DNA of 64,000 nt from Candidatus Kapaibacterium sp. (GCA_937927515.1 CALBDO010000019.1:2313-66312); one strand, 5' to 3'; shown: positions 1 through 9,783, counted from the stretch's first letter. Translations and numbers: made by a program. Notes: generated by a model from the sequence alone, not told the origin.

Positions 1-2
1 AA

Positions 3-806
3 GAAGCAAGCCTTAAATATGTCCCAATTGCAGTAAAATCCGGCTGTCTTGTTATCGACAACGGAAGTTTCTGGCGGATGCATCCAGAAGTACCACTTAT
101 TGTTCCAGAAGTTAATTTCCAAGACTCATTAAATCATAAAGGAATTATTGCCAATCCAAATTGTTCAACTATCCAGCTTGTGGTTGCTTTAAAACCTATA
201 TACGAGAAATTTGGCTTGAGAAAAGTTGAAGTATCAACTTACCAGGCCATTAGTGGAGCTGGACAAAAAGGTATCGATAAATTATTTCAAGAGATTGAAA
301 CTGGTCGGACAATAGAGACACTATCAAAGCACCCAATAGCCTTTAATATAAATTTTCACAAAATTTCTGGCAAATACAACTACTCAGAAGAAGAAATTAA
401 AATCATCAACGAAACAAAAAAAATCCTACACAACACAGACTTAAAAGTATCTGCAACTTGCGTTAGAATACCAGTCGTTTTCGGTCACTGTGAATCTGTT
501 TCATTAATTACAGAAAAACCATTCGAGCTAGATGAAATTGAGAATGTTTTAATATCTGCTCCGGGAATTACTTTATATGATGACCCCGAAATAGAGAACT
601 ATCCTACTCCGAAAATTGTAGAAGGGCATGATAATGTTTTCGTGGGCAGACTGAGAAAAAGCTTAACCGATGAAAACGGATTACTTATGTGGGTCGTCGC
701 TGATAACATCCGCAAAGGAGCTGCATCGAATGCTATTCAAATCTTAGCAAAATTATGGTATCAGGCACGAGAACACATATTCAACTTTAAAAAGTTATTC
801 GAATAA
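3..806 (+). CDS. asd: Aspartate-semialdehyde dehydrogenase (5' end outside window)
   Basis: Frame is open from the window edge (EASLKYVPIAVKSGCLVIDNGSFWRMHPEVPLIVPEVN). Has IIANPNCSTIQ with the catalytic Cys, STYQAISGAG, TCVRIPVVFGHCES and WVVADNIRKGAA. Confidence 0.96.
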   Translation, partial: EASLKYVPIAVKSGCLVIDNGSFWRMHPEVPLIVPEVNFQDSLNHKGIIANPNCSTIQLVVALKPIYEKFGLRKVEVSTYQAISGAGQKGIDKLFQEIETGRTIETLSKHPIAFNINFHKISGKYNYSEEEIKIINETKKILHNTDLKVSATCVRIPVVFGHCESVSLITEKPFELDEIENVLISAPGITLYDDPEIENYPTPKIVEGHDNVFVGRLRKSLTDENGLLMWVVADNIRKGAASNAIQILAKLWYQAREHIFNFKKLFE

Positions 807-837
807 ATAAAACTTTAAATTTGCTAATCTAATATTA

Positions 838-888
838 CTCAAGAGTCTTTTATACTAGAGCTCGAGAATCTTTTACATCAAAGCTCGA
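838..888. repeat. Degenerate 23-bp tandem repeat (2 copies plus a partial third) between convergent asd and fbaB
   Basis: ctcaagagtcttttatactagag (838-860) vs ctcgagaatcttttacatcaaag (861-883): 17/23 identical and all six differences are transitions. A third ctcga starts at 884. Confidence 0.5.
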
Positions 889-936
889 AGCTTTAGGCTA
901 ATATATTTTCTAGAATTTTAAAACATATTACAAATT

Positions 937-2001
937 CTAAGCTACTGTAATTTCTTTACACAAATAAACATCTTGAATGGTGTTTAATAATTTAATACCC
1001 TCGTTCATTGGACGTTGGAAGGCTTTTCTTCCAGAGATTAATCCCATCCCACCAGCCCGTTTATTGATAACCGCTGTTCTTGTTGCCTCGGCAAGGTCAT
1101 TTTCTCCAGAAGCACCCCCACTATTAATCAACCCAATTTTCCCCATATAATTGTTAACAACTTGATAGCGGCATAAATCAATTGGATGGTCGGAGCATAA
1201 CTCTGAATACATCCTTTTGTCATATTTCCCATACGACTTACCATTTGCATTAAGAACAAGGTATCCACCATTATTTTCAGGCATTTTTTGCTTGATAATA
1301 TCGGCTTGCAAAGTTGCACCTAAATGGTTGGCTTGACCAGTCAAATCAGCTGATACATGGTAATCTTTTTCTTTTTTAAATGCGGAGTTACGAAGGTAGC
1401 ACCAGAGAATGGTTACCATTCCTAATTCGTGAGCATACGCAAAAGCCTCGGATATTTCCACAATTTGTCTATTACTTTCTGGACTTCCGAAGTATATCGT
1501 AGCACCTACAGCAACAGCGCCCATATTATAGGCTTCCTCAATGGTTCCAAATAATATTTGGTCGTATTTGTTTGGATATGTCAACAGCTCATTATGATTG
1601 ATTTTTACGATAAATGGGATTTTGTGTGCATACTTGCGAGCAACTATTCCCAATACACCAAATGTAGAAGCGACAGCATTGCATCCTCCTTCAATCGCAA
1701 GCCTAACAATATTTTCCGGGTCGAAGTAAATTGGATTCTTGGCAAAGCTTGCACCACCCGAATGCTCGACTCCTTGGTCGACTGGCAAAATAGAAAGATA
1801 ACCGGTACCCGCAAGGCGTCCGGTGTTGAAGAGCCTATGAAGATTTGCAAGTACTCTGTTGTTCCGGTCTGAATTCGAAAAAACTCTTTCAATAAAATCC
1901 GGACCAGGTAATGTTAATATCTCTTTAGAGATTTTAGGACTGGAAAAGGATAAAAGATATTCTGCCTCGTTGCCTAACAATTCTTGAATTTTTTCAAACA
2001 T
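937..2001 (-). CDS. fbaB: Class I fructose-bisphosphate aldolase (DhnA/FbaB type)
   Basis: [42 protein letters not shown] and [12 protein letters not shown]. Start moved to MFEKIQ (2001), which follows a GGAG RBS. Confidence 0.95.
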   Translation of the reverse strand: MFEKIQELLGNEAEYLLSFSSPKISKEILTLPGPDFIERVFSNSDRNNRVLANLHRLFNTGRLAGTGYLSILPVDQGVEHSGGASFAKNPIYFDPENIVRLAIEGGCNAVASTFGVLGIVARKYAHKIPFIVKINHNELLTYPNKYDQILFGTIEEAYNMGAVAVGATIYFGSPESNRQIVEISEAFAYAHELGMVTILWCYLRNSAFKKEKDYHVSADLTGQANHLGATLQADIIKQKMPENNGGYLVLNANGKSYGKYDKRMYSELCSDHPIDLCRYQVVNNYMGKIGLINSGGASGENDLAEATRTAVINKRAGGMGLISGRKAFQRPMNEGIKLLNTIQDVYLCKEITVA

Positions 2002-2046
2002 TTCTCCCTCCAAAAACAGTAAAAAATAAATATACCAAAAGATTAG

Positions 2047-2054
2047 CAAATTTA
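2047..2054 (-). promoter_or_regulatory. Candidate Bacteroidota-type -7 promoter element TAAATTTG for fbaB
   Basis: Matches TAnnTTTG about 45 nt upstream of the ATG. The same motif recurs upstream of several other first-in-operon genes. Confidence 0.45.
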
Positions 2055-2393
2055 AAGTCAAAATTTGATATTTTATTAAAAACAAGCAAATCTTTTTGAA
2101 TATCACAGTTATTACAAATCATTAATCAAGAAAGGTTTCACTTTTAAATTTTTTTGAGGAAGCAAAATAAAAATTATTCAATAATTTTATACCTCTAATG
2201 AGAGAATCGTAAACAAGCTTTAAAATACGTAAGGATAATCTTTTTAGATAAGTTAGCTCAAATCGCGAATACGCATTAATCTATACTCTCCTCTTATAAC
2301 TAATTTCTAAAGGTTTATCAATTTCAAGAGGTACCATTGATAAGACCCTTAAGATTTACCTAACGTTCAATAAACTTATAAACAAGAAATTTT

Positions 2394-2424
2394 GTTTTTA
2401 TAACTTCGGAAACGAAGCTAAAAC
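2394..2424 (-). other. Stem-loop downstream of the molybdoenzyme operon (possible terminator or RNA-stability element)
   Basis: Core cttcg-N4-cgaag at 2404-2417, extendable with a G-U pair on the minus strand. The loop reads GAAA on the plus strand. Confidence 0.3.
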
Positions 2425-2534
2425 TTCTCCAAACACAGTAAATTTAAGAACTGTTAAGAAAATATACTATAAAAACCTGATAGCTCTTTTAACGCATGTA
2501 ATTTGATTGAGTTAAATTTACAAACTCATTTTCG

Positions 2535-5036
2535 TCAAGCCTTGTAAACCTTAACACAAACTTCTTTATGCACTGCCATACCAGAAAGAGGTTCAGATTT
2601 TGTAATGTTAAGAATTCCAGTGTTGGTTCCTCTCCCTTTTGCTGATTTACCAAGTGCAGTATGTCCGAATCCGTGCTGTGCACCAATAACTTCCGGATGA
2701 ATTCTTTTCGTTAATTTAACTTTACCTTTTACTTTACCATATGGCGACTCCAACCATATTTCATCACCATCCTCAATTCCATATTTCGCAGCAGTGACTG
2801 GATTCATAATGATGGGATTGTATCCCTTGATTTCGAGTAACCATGCATTATTTTGTGTCCGAGAATGAGTATGGCTTGCTTCTTTCCAGTTAATTAAATA
2901 AAGAGGATATTCTTCGTTGGGTTGCCAGTCTCTTGGTCTATATTCAGGAAGTGGATTTATTGGATTACCATTTGCATCTTTCTTTTCTGCGAGCCACTCG
3001 GAATAAAACTCAACTTTGCCAGACTTAGTGAAAAATCCTCTAACTTTTTTCCCGTTAATGATTGTGCCAATTCTTTTGCCGCCTTTATCCTTTGGTCTAT
3101 CGTAAATCGCATTTCCATCTATGTATGATTTTTGCAAAACTTCCGAGGATAGTTCTTTCGAATATTTTTCATATTCTGTTCCTTTTTTATCTACCCAAAC
3201 AGCACCTGGTAATTCCTTAAGTTGTTGTAGAGTTATTTTTGCTTTTCCTTCAAGAAGCTCCTTGGATAAATAATCCTCGTACCATTTAGTTAAATCTTCA
3301 ACTTTTTCACCAGTCAGTGGACTGATTTCAAAAAATTTCTTACCGTCTTTTGTCATTAAATTTAATTTTCTTCCAAGTGCAATTACAGTTTCGTACTCAG
3401 CAAGCTGACCAAATAATGGTTTTACTACTGGTTGACGTAATCCAACGGACGGCCAGGTAACCCAGTGTGTATTCAGGTCATATCTTTCGAGGTAAACTGT
3501 GCCGGGTAAAACGTAATCTGCAAGTATGGCAGTCTCGCTCATCATAGTATCAATTACAACAGACATTTCCAATTTTTTGAATGCGTCTACAACAGCCCGG
3601 ACACCACCAGGAACACTCATTACTGGATTTTGAAAAACACAGAACAAAATCTTAGCATCGTAAGGACCTTTGCCTTCAATAATATTATTGAACATTTGGG
3701 TATAGACACCTGATTTGTGTCCAAGTGGAAACTTTTCCAATTCATCGAAACGAGGCATTCTCAAAGTTTTTTCTGCAAATTCTCCTGGTTCGATTTCAAC
3801 ATGTTTATTTCCACCAGTATTTGGTAAGATTAACGTGCCTGGTCTATCATAACCACCAATCAAAGCAACCAGAGCCGCAATTGCTCTTCCACCCTGAACG
3901 CCATTGGTATGTTGACCAGGCCCACTCCAAAAATCGATACAAGCAGGTTTAATAGTTGCCAAATCGTGAGCAACTTCTTCGATTTTATTTGCAGGGATGC
4001 TTGTAATCTTTTCCGCCCATTCTGGTGTTTTATCTTTCACATAGTCAGCAAATTTATCGAATCCAATGGTCCAGTTTTCAACGAATTCTTTGTCGTATGT
4101 TCCATCTCGAATTATGCAATGAGACAGAGCAAGGGCAAGTGCTCCATCAGTCCCAGGACGAATGGCTAACCAGTCGTGGCCTTTGGCAGCAGTATCAGAT
4201 AGATAAGGGTCTACAACTACTAAACGAGCGCCTCTTTCAATTGCTCTCGTTAAAATTCTGGGAAGATAAACCCACTTTATTGCGCTCGTTGGATTCCACC
4301 CGAAAAGTAAAATGTATTTTGATTGAATAAAATCTGCTAGTGGTCTTTCATCACCAACAACTGTTTTGAATGAGGCTTTTCGGGCAACATCACAGAGATT
4401 CGAGTGCATAGAGTAGTTTGGAGTACCAAATAATTTGCAAAAATCTGCTTGAATATGAGTGAATGAATGGTCTTCACTTATCCACAAAAGCTTATGAGCT
4501 TCATTATTTTCACGAAGTTTTTTCAATTTTTCTGAAATTTCATTTAGAGCCTGCTCCCAGGTAATTTCTTCCCATTGCGGGTCGACATCAAGACCACGCA
4601 CCGGATTTCTTCTCCTCAAAGGTTTTTTAATTCTATCAGGGTCATATAATGCCATGATACCAGCGTTACCTTTTGGACAAATCGCACCACCTTCTTTTGT
4701 CCCATACTCTTCAGTATAACCATCAAAGAAATCAGTTGAAATATTAGAATAATTGTTGGGATTCCAGTTATTTGGTTCAATTTTCTCTACAATACCATCA
4801 ACGACATGGACAAGAATCCCCGATTGACCACCACACATATTACAACACGAGGGAATCCATTCACCAGCCTCCCGACCCCATTTTTCTAAGCCCACGGGGT
4901 CCGTGCGAATTTCCCTTTCTTCTGAGCCCCAAGTGGCACAGCCAGTGGAGCTTAGCAAAGACGCAGACCCAGTCGTCGCAGCAAGCTTCTTAATGAATTT
5001 CCTTCTTCCAACTTTCTCGTCAAAAATGTATGCCAT
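2535..5036 (-). CDS. Molybdopterin (Mo/W-bisPGD) oxidoreductase catalytic subunit A, Psr/Phs/Ttr/Srd/Arr clade; TAT-exported, probable lipoprotein
   Basis: TAT motif GRRKFIKK and lipobox-like SSTGC33. FS0 region CCNMCGGQS...CPKG. ITWEQAL, putative Mo-ligand Cys215 in HSNLCDVARK, WLAIRPGTDGALAL, ADYVLPGTVYLER, and a C-terminal molydop-binding domain (HTHSRTQNN, MNPVTAAKYGIEDGD). Confidence 0.93.
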   Translation of the reverse strand: MAYIFDEKVGRRKFIKKLAATTGSASLLSSTGCATWGSEEREIRTDPVGLEKWGREAGEWIPSCCNMCGGQSGILVHVVDGIVEKIEPNNWNPNNYSNISTDFFDGYTEEYGTKEGGAICPKGNAGIMALYDPDRIKKPLRRRNPVRGLDVDPQWEEITWEQALNEISEKLKKLRENNEAHKLLWISEDHSFTHIQADFCKLFGTPNYSMHSNLCDVARKASFKTVVGDERPLADFIQSKYILLFGWNPTSAIKWVYLPRILTRAIERGARLVVVDPYLSDTAAKGHDWLAIRPGTDGALALALSHCIIRDGTYDKEFVENWTIGFDKFADYVKDKTPEWAEKITSIPANKIEEVAHDLATIKPACIDFWSGPGQHTNGVQGGRAIAALVALIGGYDRPGTLILPNTGGNKHVEIEPGEFAEKTLRMPRFDELEKFPLGHKSGVYTQMFNNIIEGKGPYDAKILFCVFQNPVMSVPGGVRAVVDAFKKLEMSVVIDTMMSETAILADYVLPGTVYLERYDLNTHWVTWPSVGLRQPVVKPLFGQLAEYETVIALGRKLNLMTKDGKKFFEISPLTGEKVEDLTKWYEDYLSKELLEGKAKITLQQLKELPGAVWVDKKGTEYEKYSKELSSEVLQKSYIDGNAIYDRPKDKGGKRIGTIINGKKVRGFFTKSGKVEFYSEWLAEKKDANGNPINPLPEYRPRDWQPNEEYPLYLINWKEASHTHSRTQNNAWLLEIKGYNPIIMNPVTAAKYGIEDGDEIWLESPYGKVKGKVKLTKRIHPEVIGAQHGFGHTALGKSAKGRGTNTGILNITKSEPLSGMAVHKEVCVKVYKA

Positions 5037-5046
5037 GTTACCTCCA

Positions 5047-6336
5047 CTAAATTTTTACTTCGGATGATAAGTGTGAATTAGCTTCATAACTTTTTGGAAG
5101 GAAGAATTCTCCTAAACCAAAAAGTAGCATGCCAAAACCTACAATTCCAAAAGTCAACATCCATTCAGATATACTTGGAAAATAATGCGGGTCGACTCTG
5201 TGAGAATAAATTGCACTAGTTAAACCATGAATTTCTTCTACCGCAAGACCAGGAATAACAATATTTAAACGTAAACCAAAAATTCCAGCAGCAATTAAAA
5301 AACCAGCAAGGGCAACCCATTGAGGTGATTTCCTGGTTTTAAATGTTAGAAGAAACAGTGGAATCAATGTTCCAACAAATCCTTGCCAACCCCAGAAAAC
5401 CCAAGCATAAGGACCTTTGATGACAAGGTCCCACCCAGCAACATGCCCAGGTATTCCACCTCGATAAACAATCAAAAATTCAGATATTTGAAATAAAATA
5501 TCCAACAACAATAAACCTAAGACCATCTTGCCAAGCTCAACCACTATTTCTCGATTTTTTGTCCACCCTTCCTGGAAAACAGAAGATATAAGAGTAAGTA
5601 GAGCTCCACCACTAACTAATGCAGAGAGTAAAAATAGAATTGGGAATAATCCGCTGTGCCAGTGCGGACGAGCAGCAACAACGCCAAACAATGCACCAAC
5701 ACCACCGTGAAATAGTATAGCAATTGGTACACCTGCAGTGGCTAAAACTTTTACAATTTTTTTGTCTCTAACTCTCGACTTTTCGGATGTATCTTTTGAG
5801 CCAAGCGAGAGTAATTTATAAATTTTCCCTTTTAGTGTCTTATTATTTGCACTAGTGACAAGGTCATATCTTAAAAGAAAATATATTTCCACAATTAGCA
5901 ACAACATGTATGTAGAATAAAGATAAATCATCCATGCCATCGGAGACTTAAAATTCGGATAAACCATAACGTGCCAAGCTCTTCCCATATGACCGAGGTC
6001 AGCCCAGATTGAAAGCAAAGCCATTAGCAAAGTCACTAATGCAGTAAATACGGCAAGTTTTCCGATTCTCTCAAACTTTTTGTAGTTGAAAACATATACC
6101 ATTGATGAAACGAGAAACGAACCGGCAGAAAGACCAATAAAATAAATGTAAGCAGCAACCCAAAGCCCCCAGGTAACAATACTTCCATAATTAGCTTTGA
6201 TATGGCCATCATTTATTCTTACAATCCAGCCATAAAATCCAACTAGGAATAGACAAGTTCCTATAATCCAGAAAAGTTTCTTCAAATTTCTTGAAACTTT
6301 ATTTTGGTCGTGAAGTAATTCATTGATAAAATCCAT
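5047..6336 (-). CDS. NrfD/PsrC-family membrane anchor and quinol-oxidising subunit C
   Basis: Multiple TM helices with TWGLWVAAYIYFIGLSAG, ADLGHMGRAW, NFKSPMAW and RLNIVIPG. GGAGG RBS upstream. Confidence 0.93.
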   Translation of the reverse strand: MDFINELLHDQNKVSRNLKKLFWIIGTCLFLVGFYGWIVRINDGHIKANYGSIVTWGLWVAAYIYFIGLSAGSFLVSSMVYVFNYKKFERIGKLAVFTALVTLLMALLSIWADLGHMGRAWHVMVYPNFKSPMAWMIYLYSTYMLLLIVEIYFLLRYDLVTSANNKTLKGKIYKLLSLGSKDTSEKSRVRDKKIVKVLATAGVPIAILFHGGVGALFGVVAARPHWHSGLFPILFLLSALVSGGALLTLISSVFQEGWTKNREIVVELGKMVLGLLLLDILFQISEFLIVYRGGIPGHVAGWDLVIKGPYAWVFWGWQGFVGTLIPLFLLTFKTRKSPQWVALAGFLIAAGIFGLRLNIVIPGLAVEEIHGLTSAIYSHRVDPHYFPSISEWMLTFGIVGFGMLLFGLGEFFLPKSYEANSHLSSEVKI

Positions 6337-6347
6337 CCAAACACCTC

Positions 6348-7178
6348 CTAAATTAAATAATAAACATTTGGACTTGTACCGAGTTCTTCTTTTAATCGAA
6401 TATACTGGCGTTCACGAAGAAGAATTGAAACTTCACTGTTTGGGTCATTGAAATCACCAAAATGAATTGCTTTACCAGTGCAAGTTTTCGCGCAAGCTGG
6501 CCATCTTCCTTCTTCTTTATTGTATTTTCCTTCCTCATCCTGGAGATGTAAGCAAAAAGTACATTTACGAACATTTCCAATTGGAGATTTTTCGTGTTCT
6601 CTTTTTCGGAACTGTTTGTATTCAGGTGAAGGAACTTTTGACCAGTCTGTATCTTTTTCGATGGCGGGATAATTTTCTCCAAAATCAAACCAGCGTGCAG
6701 AATAAGGACAGGCAGTCATACAATAACGACAACCAATGCATCTATCATAGTCAACTACGACTATTCCATCTTGCTCTCGCTTATAGGTCGCAGAGACTGG
6801 ACAGACATCTGTACATGAAGGATTTTCACAATGGAAACAAGGTTTAGTCATAAATACAGGTTTATCATTCGGACGGTTTTCTAAAATTTCCTCGAATACA
6901 ACGGTGTAAGAAACCCCAGGAGGAGTTTTATTTTCTGCTTTACAGGCAAGAACACAAGCACGACAACCAACACAGCGGCGAGTATCGATGACCATTCCGT
7001 AATGATATTTTCTTTTCACTCGATTCAGAGGCCGAGTCTCTACAATGGAAGAGGTTTTAGCATTAAGTAATCCGCTACTAAGAACCGCTGTCACTAAACT
7101 TCCTGCACCAATCGATATTAAATACTCCACAAACTCACGCCTATCGAAAATCTTGTGTTTATCCATATCCTTTATCAA
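6348..7178 (-). CDS. 4x[4Fe-4S] electron-transfer subunit B (TtrB/NrfC/PsrB-like) with TAT signal
   Basis: FDRREF twin-arginine motif. Cys groups CVGCRACVLAC, CFHCENPSCTDVCP, CIGCRYCMTACP and KCTFC...ACAKTC. Confidence 0.94.
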   Translation of the reverse strand: MIKDMDKHKIFDRREFVEYLISIGAGSLVTAVLSSGLLNAKTSSIVETRPLNRVKRKYHYGMVIDTRRCVGCRACVLACKAENKTPPGVSYTVVFEEILENRPNDKPVFMTKPCFHCENPSCTDVCPVSATYKREQDGIVVVDYDRCIGCRYCMTACPYSARWFDFGENYPAIEKDTDWSKVPSPEYKQFRKREHEKSPIGNVRKCTFCLHLQDEEGKYNKEEGRWPACAKTCTGKAIHFGDFNDPNSEVSILLRERQYIRLKEELGTSPNVYYLI

Positions 7179-7215
7179 AATTTTTAAAAATTATAAAATT
7201 TAGATAATGAAATAC

Positions 7216-7223
7216 CAAAATTA
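7216..7223 (-). promoter_or_regulatory. Candidate -7 promoter element TAATTTTG for the molybdoenzyme operon
   Basis: TAnnTTTG about 38 nt upstream of the subunit B start, in an AT-rich intergenic region. Confidence 0.45.
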
Positions 7224-7545
7224 ATAATTTTAAAAATAATCATAAGAAAAATTTAAACTATAATATTAGTCTTTATTAAAAGCTCTTTTAAAAAAGAAAA
7301 AATTGTAAATAAAGATGTCTAATATTTTATTTTAATGAAGATAAAAATCTATAGCAGATTTACGATGACAATAATTACATTTTGGTGTGCACAATCTTCT
7401 TTATGTTAAATTTTATCTATATATTAATTAAGAGCGTTCATCAAAAATATTAATTAGAAATTTTAAAAGATAATTGTTACATTATATCTTTATGAGTTGC
7501 AGTTTCAAATATCTAAATTTGTCGTAAATGAAGTTTTGGATTTGA

Positions 7546-9783
7546 TTAGAATGAATAACCAAGACGAATATGGAAGACAGGATTTTTCATTGGGGGTTTC
7601 TCGCCATTAGGGTCGTAAATTGGAAACCCCAAGTCGAGGAAAAGTGGCCCTGCAGGTGTTATAAAACCAATACCAAAACCCAATGAGGTTGCAATACCCG
7701 TGACATAATCTCTGAGGTTATACTTAGTGACAAAGTCTCCTTGCTCATTTTTAATAAGCCACTGATAAGCATTTCCTGCATCGAGGAATATTGTTGCGGT
7801 AAACAATTCAAGAATGTCCCCCAAAGTTTTACCAATATATGCGGGACGACCAAAACGGAATCTGAGCTCCAGACTAGTTTCCATCAAGCTTGCATTACCC
7901 ACAAAATCGCGTAAAAAGCTATTGACCAAGGTTGAGCTACTCGTATCGATTCGCTCACCTTTGTAATACCTGAGCTGGCGGGAAGCCCAACCACGAACAC
8001 TATTCGCACCACCAGCAAAAAAATGTCTCTCGTACGGAACAAAACTAATCGACTTGTCAAACCATAAGATATGACCAATCCGATGTTTAAATGCAAAAAC
8101 TGAATAATTCGAAAGATTGAAAAATGTCAAGAAATTAAAGTTAAAACGATAATACTTAGCGTTACCAAAAAAAAGAAAGCCTTCAACTCCAAGATTTGTT
8201 AATCTTCCTTTAGTAGGAAATAAAGGATTATCACGATTATCTCCAGTTAAGTTAATTCCAATGATTGATGATGTAAGAATTGGTTTAAATGTGTTTATAT
8301 ATCTATCGAGATTCCCATAAATCGAAAGAGCTTGCTGGATTCTAAGAGAATCTAAAAACGTGCGCGCATTTTCGTAAAATCGTTTAGATGCAGTTGAAAA
8401 ATTTTTGGGTACTTGCCTTTCAAAAAACAGGTCTAAGTCTAAATAATTAAAATAAGTCCAAAATGGCAAACGCGTTGTGAATTTGATTGGTAATGAGAAT
8501 GTTTTTAATTGCAGTGAACTAAACACTTTTCTCTGTGAATAGAGAATAGACCAAGCAAGTGCAATTCTAGTGTTCCCAATTAACCAAAGTAAAGGTTGGA
8601 CAAAATTTATTCCACTTTGGAACTCATACTCAAGGGATTTCTTTTCGAAAATTACTTTATTAATATCGATTGCAAAACCTCTTAAATATAAGTTAGCAGA
8701 TTGACCCCCACCAAATATATTCTTATCGGAGATACTAAATTCAGCACCAATGTTAACGGTCTTTTCAACCAAATTTCGATTCGTGAACAAGCCGACACTA
8801 AAATCTCGCATTTTTCTGTATCGCAAGAGTACCACCAAATTCAATGTAGTATCAGTATTTGGAGCGAAAAGAGAGGAGGTATCAATTCGAACTAACTCAA
8901 AAGTTCCCAACGAATTTAAATTAATCTCCGAACTCAAAATCTTGCTTTGAGAGAAAATATCACCAGGCTTTATATCTAAATGATTCAATTTTACATTATA
9001 TCCGACACGTTTTTGCCCAAAGGTGCTATCTAAAAAATTTATTTGATTAATTCTAACTATGTTGCCTAATTTAAAATTGACAAAAATGCTATCTACTTTA
9101 TTTGTTGTGTCAATTACTACCTTTGGAGTAGTGTATTCAGCGTAGAAATAACCATTTTCACGTAAAAACGCTCGAATGCTTCGCAGTTCATTTGCCAATA
9201 GAAGTTCGTTGAAATACATTCCAGTTTTCAACAAACGAAGGTTTTCTACTTTTTCGCGAAGTTCAAATGACAAATGCTCCAAGCCAGAGTATGAAATAAA
9301 ATTAATTGTATAACGCTGGTTTTCTGTGATGATGAACCGAAGAATATTCTTTTTTTGTATTGTATCAGCAAAGAAAACGTAGTCTACTTTTACTTCGTGA
9401 AAGCCATTTTGATAGTAATATAATTCGAGATTCCTCTTATCTTGTTCGGCTAAAATTTCTTTGTAAAAAGATACTTCATTAACTAAAGAAAGAACAATTG
9501 ATTTCAAAACTGAGGTTAATATCTTTGGCGTCGCTCTATTCTTTGAAACATTGTCATAATAAAAATAAAGCACTCTGTGAGGAATACTTTTTTGAGTGGT
9601 TCTGGTAGTTATAACGCCCGACAATGTTGTGGAAGGCAAAGAATAATTTCCTTGAAACTCTATCTTGTGTATTTCCGATAAGAAAGGACTGTAAAATGAA
9701 GGAAAAGTAAAATTCTTTGCCTCTATGGAAAGTATATCAAATGGTAAAAAGATTACAACTACAATGATGAAACATTTTTGCAT
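7546..9783 (-). CDS. Omp85 superfamily (BamA/TamA-like) outer-membrane protein with POTRA domains
   Basis: Signal peptide, POTRA-like repeats (YYYQNGFHEVKV, LRENGYFYA), barrel motif FFAGGANSVRGW, and C-terminal FHIRLGYSF. Confidence 0.88.
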   Translation of the reverse strand: MQKCFIIVVVIFLPFDILSIEAKNFTFPSFYSPFLSEIHKIEFQGNYSLPSTTLSGVITTRTTQKSIPHRVLYFYYDNVSKNRATPKILTSVLKSIVLSLVNEVSFYKEILAEQDKRNLELYYYQNGFHEVKVDYVFFADTIQKKNILRFIITENQRYTINFISYSGLEHLSFELREKVENLRLLKTGMYFNELLLANELRSIRAFLRENGYFYAEYTTPKVVIDTTNKVDSIFVNFKLGNIVRINQINFLDSTFGQKRVGYNVKLNHLDIKPGDIFSQSKILSSEINLNSLGTFELVRIDTSSLFAPNTDTTLNLVVLLRYRKMRDFSVGLFTNRNLVEKTVNIGAEFSISDKNIFGGGQSANLYLRGFAIDINKVIFEKKSLEYEFQSGINFVQPLLWLIGNTRIALAWSILYSQRKVFSSLQLKTFSLPIKFTTRLPFWTYFNYLDLDLFFERQVPKNFSTASKRFYENARTFLDSLRIQQALSIYGNLDRYINTFKPILTSSIIGINLTGDNRDNPLFPTKGRLTNLGVEGFLFFGNAKYYRFNFNFLTFFNLSNYSVFAFKHRIGHILWFDKSISFVPYERHFFAGGANSVRGWASRQLRYYKGERIDTSSSTLVNSFLRDFVGNASLMETSLELRFRFGRPAYIGKTLGDILELFTATIFLDAGNAYQWLIKNEQGDFVTKYNLRDYVTGIATSLGFGIGFITPAGPLFLDLGFPIYDPNGEKPPMKNPVFHIRLGYSF

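Noticed and set aside
2253-2276. Mini-ORF MRIRDLS on the minus strand after an AGGAG
   Set aside because: RBS spacing is long (11 nt), it has only 7 codons, and it shows no attenuator-type codon bias. Probably chance.
4821-4823. Selenocysteine at the missing FS0 Cys of the molybdoenzyme
   Set aside because: The codon is TCG (Ser), and the ORF has no in-frame TGA.
6467-6847. Long antisense or alternate-frame ORFs (also 13038..13427, 52808..53203, 62523..62960, 16057..16398 and other short ones)
   Set aside because: They are shadows of well-supported genes, with no RBS, no motifs and atypical composition.
7179-7545. Moco riboswitch or FNR/ModE/Rex box upstream of the molybdoenzyme operon
   Set aside because: The region is extremely AT-rich with no GC stems. 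Only short palindromes (tgtgcaca) are present and none matches a full consensus.
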